From the IMG/VR virus record IMGVR_UViG_3300034142_000033, positions 1 through 51,570 of that record: a stretch of DNA of 51,570 nt; one strand, written 5' to 3'. Under the pieces are notes generated by a model. That model was not told the origin of the DNA. It searched no databases and saw only the letters and a program-made list of their open reading frames with translations. Below, one piece after another: positions 1-5,802 of the stretch (positions within the stretch are counted from its first letter, which is position 1; every line of letters begins with the position of its first letter). A program made the position numbers and the translations under genes. Source of the DNA: a virus. Taxonomy: Duplodnaviria; Caudoviricetes.

Positions 1-60
1 GCGCGACCCTCCGACCCTCTCGGTGTAAACGAGATGCTCTACCAACTGAGCTAAGCGCCC
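1..60 (-). tRNA. tRNA-Val(TAC), 3' end cut by window edge
   Basis: Minus strand reads GGGCGCTTAGCTCAGTTGGTAGAGCA-TCTCG-TTTACAC-CGAGA-GGGTC, giving a D arm and an anticodon stem with TAC. The T-loop region at 1-10 is atypical (GTCGCG rather than TTCGA). Confidence 0.85.
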
Positions 61-65
61 GCGCC
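23..65. repeat. att core, left copy
   Basis: gtgtaaacgagatgctctaccaactgagctaagcgcccgcgcc is identical to 49762-49804. Confidence 0.95.
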
Positions 66-78
66 GCGGGAAAGCTGG

Positions 79-107
79 CTTTTGAGGCGGATATGGGGCC
101 CGGTCAA
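79..107 (-). promoter_or_regulatory. Putative phage-supplied promoter for tRNA-Val
   Basis: TTGACC-N17-CAAAAG on the minus strand. The AGGCTTG at -35 lies at the same offset from tRNA +1 as the host-side AGGCTTG at 49844-49850. Confidence 0.5.
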
Positions 108-191
108 GCCTCGCTTCGTGGAACGCAAGGGAAACGGAGCGACCCTCGCGGACATAGGAGTCCCGGACTATCCCCGAACTCGCTTCAGCCC

Positions 192-575
192 CTACCGCCG
201 CCGCTCCCGCGCCGCCTTCATCGCGTGGAGGAAGCTCACCGTCGGTTCCCAGCCGAACTCGCGGCAGATGCCGTTGAGCGCCGCCCGCGCCGTCGTGCCG
301 CGGCAGACCTTGGTCAGATATTCGCCGTCGTCCGGGCGGGTCGCGGCCTTCCAGAAGTCGCGGTACAGCCACAATTTGTCGGGGTCGGCGCCGGTCGCCT
401 CGTAGAGCCAGGCGAGCGCGAAGCGCAGCAGCAGCGACCGTTCGGCGGGCGCGGCGCCGCAGGTCTCGGCGATCTCGTCCAGCGCCATCAGCGCCATATA
501 GCCGAGCCGGTCGCCGCCGGCCGCTGAGGCGTGCACTGGCCGTCGCCGCGGCGCCGAGGGAGGAGGGAATCGCAC
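192..575 (-). CDS. Hypothetical protein, probably SOS-regulated
   Basis: 127-aa ORF with protein-like composition and a LexA box immediately upstream. Confidence 0.7.
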   Translation of the reverse strand: MRFPPPSAPRRRPVHASAAGGDRLGYMALMALDEIAETCGAAPAERSLLLRFALAWLYEATGADPDKLWLYRDFWKAATRPDDGEYLTKVCRGTTARAALNGICREFGWEPTVSFLHAMKAARERRR

Positions 576-577
576 GG

Positions 578-592
578 GAACGGATATGGAAC
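578..592. promoter_or_regulatory. Alphaproteobacterial LexA (SOS) box
   Basis: GAAC-GGATATG-GAAC (GAAC-N7-GAAC) overlapping the -10 of a TTGCCG-N17-CATATC minus-strand promoter. Confidence 0.75.
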
Positions 593-635
593 ATCAGCCG
601 TGCGGCGGCAACGTCGAGCGCCAGCTTTGGCCGGA

Positions 636-1124
636 TTAGCGCTCCGAAGGAGCAGGGCCCTGCCGGGCGAGCAGGCCCCGCTCGACCGCGTCGCAGAACA
701 GCCTGATGGCCGGCTCGCCTTGAAGCGCGATCACGTTGGGGGCGCGGCTCATCTGCTCGGCGATGCGATCGCTGTGGAAGCGCTTGACCTCGATCGCGAC
801 GCCATGCTGCGGCAGGTAGAAGTCGAGCCCGGTCGCCGTGCCGCCGCCCTGGTCGGTCTCATACTCGACGCCGGCGCGCTGCAGCGCCCGCTCGACCAGC
901 TGCTCCATCGGGTCGCGCGTCCTGAGCGGCGCGTCGACCGGATAGGGATCCGGGATGCTCTCGCTGCAAAGGGTGGAGATCGCCATCGCGGTCCTCGGCT
1001 TGATCGGCGCGACGCCGCGCTCCATCTGGCCGATATAGTCGCGGCTGAGGCCGAGCCGCTCGGCCAGCTCGCTTTGCGACAGGCCCAGCGACCGGCGCGT
1101 CTCTCTTAGCTGTGCGGCGTCCAT
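636..1124 (-). CDS. XRE HTH fused to PD-(D/E)XK (DUF559/Vsr-like) nuclease domain
   Basis: N-terminal LRETRRSLGLSQSELAERLGLSRDYIGQMERG, C-terminal LDFYLPQHGVAIEVK, GGAGG RBS before ATG 1124. Confidence 0.8.
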   Translation of the reverse strand: MDAAQLRETRRSLGLSQSELAERLGLSRDYIGQMERGVAPIKPRTAMAISTLCSESIPDPYPVDAPLRTRDPMEQLVERALQRAGVEYETDQGGGTATGLDFYLPQHGVAIEVKRFHSDRIAEQMSRAPNVIALQGEPAIRLFCDAVERGLLARQGPAPSER

Positions 1125-1140
1125 CGCGGCCTCCAAGCCG

Positions 1141-1172
1141 AAAGGAGAGGCGGGGGTGGAAGCCGCCTCTCC
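1141..1172 (-). terminator. Hairpin/terminator between peptide ORF and HTH-nuclease gene
   Basis: GGAGAGGCGG-N9-CCGCCTCTCC followed by TTT. Confidence 0.65.
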
Positions 1173-1178
1173 AGTGGT

Positions 1179-1247
1179 TCAGAAGATCTTCACTGAGAGG
1201 TGGAACCTCAGCCTGATCCTCATTTTGAACCGGAAGAAGATTTTCAT
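1179..1247 (-). CDS. 22-aa basic/hydrophobic alternating peptide MKIFFRFKMRIRLRFHLSVKIF
   Basis: Below the ORF-track cutoff. GGAG RBS, ATG to TGA, located between a promoter and a hairpin. Confidence 0.65.
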   Translation of the reverse strand: MKIFFRFKMRIRLRFHLSVKIF

Positions 1248-1296
1248 CTTCTGTCTCCCGGTTATCGGGGCGGACTATTCCGTTCCCGATAGAGCC

Positions 1297-1325
1297 CTTG
1301 TACGCACTTACTGCGTATCCGTCAA
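1297..1325 (-). promoter_or_regulatory. Sigma70 promoter with overlapping palindromic operator
   Basis: TTGACG-N17-TACAAG, with the inverted repeat TACGCA-CTTAC-TGCGTA (1301-1317) in the spacer. Confidence 0.7.
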
Positions 1326-1695
1326 CGGAAATCGACAGCTTCCCGCGCCATCGTCAACGGTTCGTCGCAAATTGGAAGCGGCCCGACTCCATCCGCGAGT
1401 CGAAGCGGGCGCCACGCTGGCCTCGCGGGTTAGCCGCAAATGGGCTGGCTATTGCCAGCGGGTCGCTTAATATAAGAACTCGCTGGTGATTCTGGCTTGA
1501 CAAGTTGGATTTGGCGTCCCTACCCGTCCCGGCCGGGGCCCATAGCGATTTCAGCTTCTTTGTCAACATTGACAAAAGCTCAAATCGGCACATTTTTCAA
1601 CCACTCGTCGCATTTGTCGTTGCCTAAGTCTTATTTTTGGCGTTATCACCGCGCATATAAATCCATGCGGCGGTCGCGGTGGGTTTCCCGCTGGT

Positions 1696-1735
1696 GAACA
1701 TAGAGAGAACGCCCTTAATCGTTCGGTTACGGTTC
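1696..1735. promoter_or_regulatory. Two LexA boxes in opposite orientation
   Basis: GAAC-ATAGAGA-GAAC at 1696-1710 and GTTC-GGTTACG-GTTC at 1721-1735. Confidence 0.7.
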
Positions 1736-1780
1736 AGGCGTACTCGCTTAGAGAGAACGAGGTAGGTTGTGGAGGTTGAT

Positions 1781-2017
1781 ATGTCGGAGCACGAGAAAGG
1801 ACACGTCGATTGCCCCTTCTCAGGGCACGACGAGACGTTGATCAATGTTAAGTTTTTCCGGGGTAGCCGGAACGACGTGATCACGGCTGCGGAGATCAAG
1901 GAGCAGGCCCGTTCGGCCGCCCTCCAGCGGAAGCTGGGTACGGCAGCCGTGTCGAGTCGCGCGCCCGTGAGTCCGCATCCTGTCATCAATGTCAGGGAGT
2001 TTGTTGCAAACCTCTGA
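1781..2017 (+). CDS. 78-aa hypothetical protein, partner of the IrrE-like gene
   Basis: GGAGG RBS before ATG 1781, in the low-GC island. Confidence 0.75.
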   Translation: MSEHEKGHVDCPFSGHDETLINVKFFRGSRNDVITAAEIKEQARSAALQRKLGTAAVSSRAPVSPHPVINVREFVANL

Positions 2018-2044
2018 CAGTTCGTCTAGGTTCTGAGAAATAGG

Positions 2045-2075
2045 AGGGCCTATGGAGTGATCCATAGGCCCTTTT
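2045..2075 (+). terminator. Intrinsic terminator between the small gene and the IrrE-like gene
   Basis: AGGGCCTATGGA-GTGA-TCCATAGGCCCT followed by TTT. Confidence 0.7.
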
Positions 2076-2088
2076 AGTGCAGGACATT

Positions 2089-2700
2089 ATGGACACAGCA
2101 CAACTTATCGAGCACTTCTCTCGCCAAGAGAGCCTGCCTGTCGATGTGAACGACGTGCTTGAGTTGCTAAAAAACAACGGCTTTGATGATGATATCGAGT
2201 TCATTGGTGTCGAGTTCGACGTTGATATTCTGCAAGGCCAGATCAAGTGGGCGCATGGTCACCCTCGGCCATACGCTGACCCGATTCGTTACGTAAATAT
2301 ATATTATCACAAGGGCCACGATTCGGACTGGCAAAGATACATTTGCTGCAAGGAGCTGCTTCACCTTCTTGATCCGGAAAGCGCGCGTACCACTACAGCG
2401 GCCGACATTGATCTCCTGGCCGAGAAGATCGGCCTACCGCCGGAAATGCAAGATCCTCTGAACGACGGATTGGCAACGAATGTGGATCGGGCGGCTGAGT
2501 TTAGGGCGGCGGCTGTGCTTCTCCCCTTCGCTGCCCGCGAAACTCTCCTCCCCTTGTATCCTGATCGACTGTCTATCGATGACATTGCTAGGATGGCGGA
2601 CATCCCTCGCCGGTATGCGGCGTATGTAATGAGCCCATTTTGGCCGACAGTGCATGCTGTGCTGCTGGGAAAGCCCTTGAATCTACACAAACCGGAATAG
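2089..2700 (+). CDS. ImmA/IrrE (DUF955)-like metallopeptidase-fold protein with KELLH variant motif
   Basis: LPVDV, WQRYICCKELLHLL, AEFRAAAVLLP and a C-terminal HTH-like IDDIARMADIP. Confidence 0.75.
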   Translation: MDTAQLIEHFSRQESLPVDVNDVLELLKNNGFDDDIEFIGVEFDVDILQGQIKWAHGHPRPYADPIRYVNIYYHKGHDSDWQRYICCKELLHLLDPESARTTTAADIDLLAEKIGLPPEMQDPLNDGLATNVDRAAEFRAAAVLLPFAARETLLPLYPDRLSIDDIARMADIPRRYAAYVMSPFWPTVHAVLLGKPLNLHKPE

Positions 2701-2725
2701 AACGGGCCTGAGAACACGCCCCCCC

Positions 2726-2839
2726 CTATCGCTCCCGCGCCTGATCCAGCAGCCACGCCGTCGCGATGCAGACCAGCGCGAGCAGCACGACCAGCTTCCA
2801 GAATAGGTCCGCCGCCCGCCGGCGCGCCCTGCGCCGCAT
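2726..2839 (-). CDS. 37-aa single-TM protein, possible spanin/lysis accessory
   Basis: MRRRARRRAADLFWKLVVLLALVCIATAWLL; its ATG overlaps the upstream TGA. Confidence 0.55.
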   Translation of the reverse strand: MRRRARRRAADLFWKLVVLLALVCIATAWLLDQARER

Positions 2840-3150
2840 CAGATCACCAGCTCCGCAGCCGGCGCCGGCTCTTGCGGCGGCTCGGGCGCCGCGCCGATGC
2901 CGCAGACCGCGTCCGTCTCGGCTCGGGCGGCGGCGATGCTCCGGCGCTGCTCGTCGCTGAGCCTCGCCGCCAGCGCCGCGTCGTGCCCGGCGCGCAGGCC
3001 GAGCAGCGCCACCGTCTCGAGCACGCCGTTCGGGCAGCGGAACCGCGTCGCCGTCTCCACCCCCACGACCAGGGCGACGTCCGCGCCGCTCCCGGCGCAA
3101 CCGGACGCAAGCGCAAGCGGCAGCGCCGCCGCCATCAGCAGCTTCTTCAT
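2839..3150 (-). CDS. Lipoprotein, possible o-spanin
   Basis: MKKLLMAAALPLALASGC lipobox at the end of the lysis cassette. Confidence 0.7.
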   Translation of the reverse strand: MKKLLMAAALPLALASGCAGSGADVALVVGVETATRFRCPNGVLETVALLGLRAGHDAALAARLSDEQRRSIAAARAETDAVCGIGAAPEPPQEPAPAAELVI

Positions 3151-3210
3151 CTCCATGCTCCTCGTTGAAATCAGGGCCCCCGCCGAAGCACCGCTTCGGT
3201 GGGCAAATCC

Positions 3211-3639
3211 TCAGCCGTCCAGCTTGGCCAGCGCGTATCGCTTGATCTCGTCCCAATCGACGCCGCCGATGATCGGCCGCTCGTTCGCCCGCAGCCAGCG
3301 CTGCAGCGCCTGCGCCGCCAGCTCCTCGTAGACAGCCTCCAGCGGCGCTACCGGCTGCCCATGGGCGAGACCCCAAAGGATGGCGCTGGGACGGCCGCGG
3401 AGAGCCTCCTCGGCGATCAGGTGGCAAACCTCATGCTCGCGGCAATAAGCGAGCAGGTCGTCGCCATAGCCCGTCCTGTGCGCGATCACGGCATAATGGT
3501 GGGTGTCGTGCGGCAGCGCTCCGAAGCTGGCGCCGTCGTCGAAGCGGGTGACGCACCCCTCGGCCGTATATTCGACCGTCGCGAAGCAGAGGGATATCCG
3601 CCGAACTGGTACTTCGGCGGAGGCGGGGCTGCGGATCAT
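3211..3639 (-). CDS. Hypothetical protein with HExxH motif
   Basis: REHEVCH; start overlaps the holin stop. Confidence 0.7.
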   Translation of the reverse strand: MIRSPASAEVPVRRISLCFATVEYTAEGCVTRFDDGASFGALPHDTHHYAVIAHRTGYGDDLLAYCREHEVCHLIAEEALRGRPSAILWGLAHGQPVAPLEAVYEELAAQALQRWLRANERPIIGGVDWDEIKRYALAKLDG

Positions 3640-3908
3640 GGTTCCTCCGCCCGCCTCAGCCCCGCATCGGCCGCCTTACGGCCCGCCGGCGAGGAGCCGA
3701 ACTCATAGCCGATCACCGTCGAGCCCCAGCCGAGCACCAGGCCAAGCGCGAGCAGCAGCGGCTCGCGATTGCCTTCGGGGATCGGCACGAAATAGAGGCC
3801 GGCGAGGCCAAGCAGGCCGCCGACCATCGCCACCAGCCCGAGCGCGGCCCGGAAGATCGAGCCTTCGCGCGGCGGCGAGGCGGCCAGCGCTTCCTTGTCG
3901 AGGCTCAT
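3636..3908 (-). CDS. Putative holin (2 TM)
   Basis: Two hydrophobic helices, a YEFGSS motif, adjacent to the endolysin. Confidence 0.7.
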   Translation of the reverse strand: MSLDKEALAASPPREGSIFRAALGLVAMVGGLLGLAGLYFVPIPEGNREPLLLALGLVLGWGSTVIGYEFGSSPAGRKAADAGLRRAEEP

Positions 3909-4591
3909 TTGCCGAGCCTGCGCGCATAGGCGGCGGCGAGCCGCTCGTCATAGCGGTTCACCCGGTAGGCGGTGCCGTTATAGCCCTTGGCGAAGGCCGC
4001 CCAGTCGCCTCGCCGCAGCGCCGGCGCCAGCCCGCGCCCCTCGACGAACGACACGAACGCGGCCAGCTGGTCGCCCTCGCTCTGCGCCTGCCGCCAGGCG
4101 AAGGCGTAAGGGGAGGGTGCGTCGCACACCGCATAATTCTCGCCGAGGATCTGGAAGCCGCCATAGCTGGCCGAGGCGAAGCCCGCGTCGACGTTCAGGC
4201 CCACCGCGGTCAGCAGCTGCTCATAGCGGCCGAGCTGGTGGCGCGGATATTTCTTCGGGGTCCAGCTCGGATAGGAGACGGTGGGATGGCTCCCGTCGAA
4301 CCGGTGCCGGGTGGCGCGGCTGAATCGGTGCGGCTCGAACAGGATGGTCGGCCGCCCGTCGATGAACGGGCTGCCGCTCGATTCGACCTCGTAGACCGCC
4401 CACACCTTGGCCGGGTTGACCTGCAGCCGGTCCGCCGCCTCGAGCGCATCGTCCTCGCTAAGTCGTAGATCCGGGCCGTCGCTCATCACCTTGAACACAC
4501 CCCGGCGCGTCATCGGGCCGTAGATCCCGTCGATCGTGCCGCCATAGCAGCCGACCGCCGCCAGCCGCCGCTGGAGCGTGAAGATGTCCAT
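3905..4591 (-). CDS. Endolysin: peptidoglycan-binding domain plus DUF3380 N-acetylmuramidase
   Basis: IDGIYGPMT, VESSG, ILFEPH, SYGGFQILGENY, FAKGYNG. Confidence 0.92.
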   Translation of the reverse strand: MDIFTLQRRLAAVGCYGGTIDGIYGPMTRRGVFKVMSDGPDLRLSEDDALEAADRLQVNPAKVWAVYEVESSGSPFIDGRPTILFEPHRFSRATRHRFDGSHPTVSYPSWTPKKYPRHQLGRYEQLLTAVGLNVDAGFASASYGGFQILGENYAVCDAPSPYAFAWRQAQSEGDQLAAFVSFVEGRGLAPALRRGDWAAFAKGYNGTAYRVNRYDERLAAAYARRLGK

Positions 4592-4615
4592 CGCTTTTCT
4601 CTCCGTTGATTTAGG

Positions 4616-5248
4616 CTAGGGCTGTCCGTCGATCACCCGCTCGGCGGCGGACTCGATGGAGGCCATCTGCCGCGCGTGCCCTGCCGCGTCGGCCATGTCC
4701 GGATCGTTCTTCCGGTAGCAATAGCCCTCATAAACCAGCTCGCCGTCCCGGCCCATCGCCGCCAGTTTGATGACGTGCATCTCGGGCAACATCGGGTGAA
4801 ACTGGATGAGGGTGCTATGAGGAGCGCCGTCCCGCGCCAGCGCGATCTGGTCGAGACGTTCGATCTCAGCGACGGCATGGGGATCCAGCTTGTCCAGCTC
4901 GGCGAAGGTTTTTCCCTCTACGTCCTCGCGCGCGTAGCCGAGCGGACCAAAGATCGTGAAGAGCGCCTTCGCGTTCAGCCATGTGATCCGCTTGTGCGTA
5001 TCCTTCGTCCATCGGGCGATCTGGCTATCCTGCGCCTGCTCCATCGCCAGCACGCGCTTCCCCATTGCGGCCAGCGCTGCGTGGCATTCCTTGTCGCGCT
5101 GGCGGAGCGCGTCCACGTCGACACGAAGCCGCCCTATCTCGCTCTCTTCGCGGACAGCCTTCCGGTCCCGCCAACTCGTCATGAAAGCCCACACGCCGCC
5201 CCCGCCCAAGAGCGGGCCGGCAACGGCCATAATCGTCACCGCGTCCAT
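4616..5248 (-). CDS. N-terminal TM, coiled coil and PAS-like domain protein
   Basis: True start taken as MDAVT (TGATG overlap). WTKD..RITWLN..FGPLGY..EDVEGKT..K..RDGE pattern resembles PAS_4. Confidence 0.7.
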   Translation of the reverse strand: MDAVTIMAVAGPLLGGGGVWAFMTSWRDRKAVREESEIGRLRVDVDALRQRDKECHAALAAMGKRVLAMEQAQDSQIARWTKDTHKRITWLNAKALFTIFGPLGYAREDVEGKTFAELDKLDPHAVAEIERLDQIALARDGAPHSTLIQFHPMLPEMHVIKLAAMGRDGELVYEGYCYRKNDPDMADAAGHARQMASIESAAERVIDGQP

Positions 5249-5802
5249 CAATCCGCTCCCCCCGGCTCCGGCGCCAGTAGCGCCTCCCAATCGACCACCG
5301 CCGCCGCCGCCTTCGCGGGCGCATCGGCTGCCGCGGTCACCGCCCGCTTCGCCCCGATCCGCGCGCCCTCGATCGCACTGCCGATCGCCGCCCACATTTC
5401 GGCGGCGGCAATGATCGCCGCCGCGGCATCGCCCGGCGCCGACCCCGTCGCCGCGGCTTCGGCGGCCAAGAAGGGATAGTCGGCGAGATCCGGCGCCTCG
5501 ACCGTCACCCAGGCCCAAGCCTCGGCCTCCTTGCGTTGATAGGTCAGCTCCTGCCCGGGCACCGCGGTGATGAACCGGGTTCGGAACGCGCCGGCCTCCG
5601 CATCGATTCGCGCGTGTAGATCGGCCTCCACGCCCGCCAGCCATGCCGGGTCCGCGACGATCGCCGTCCCGTCCCAGACTGCGCGTTCTGGGCTCAGGCC
5701 CTCTGGCAGCACGCCGAGCTGCTCGATCGCGGCCGGATCGTAGCCGTCGAGCGACAGGACCCACTGCATGGCGCCGGTCGCCCGCTCCCGGATCAGGATC
5801 AT
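5248..5802 (-). CDS. Tail fibre assembly-like (DUF4376-like) protein
   Basis: IDAEAGAFRTRFIT..GQELTYQRKEAEA..YPFLAAEA, placed after the tail genes. Confidence 0.65.
   Translation of the reverse strand: MILIRERATGAMQWVLSLDGYDPAAIEQLGVLPEGLSPERAVWDGTAIVADPAWLAGVEADLHARIDAEAGAFRTRFITAVPGQELTYQRKEAEAWAWVTVEAPDLADYPFLAAEAAATGSAPGDAAAAIIAAAEMWAAIGSAIEGARIGAKRAVTAAADAPAKAAAAVVDWEALLAPEPGGAD

Noticed and set aside
1-10. Abnormal tRNA T-loop suggesting a tRNA pseudogene
   Set aside because: The differences are confined to the first 10 nt of the window and may be contig-end error; this cannot be judged here.
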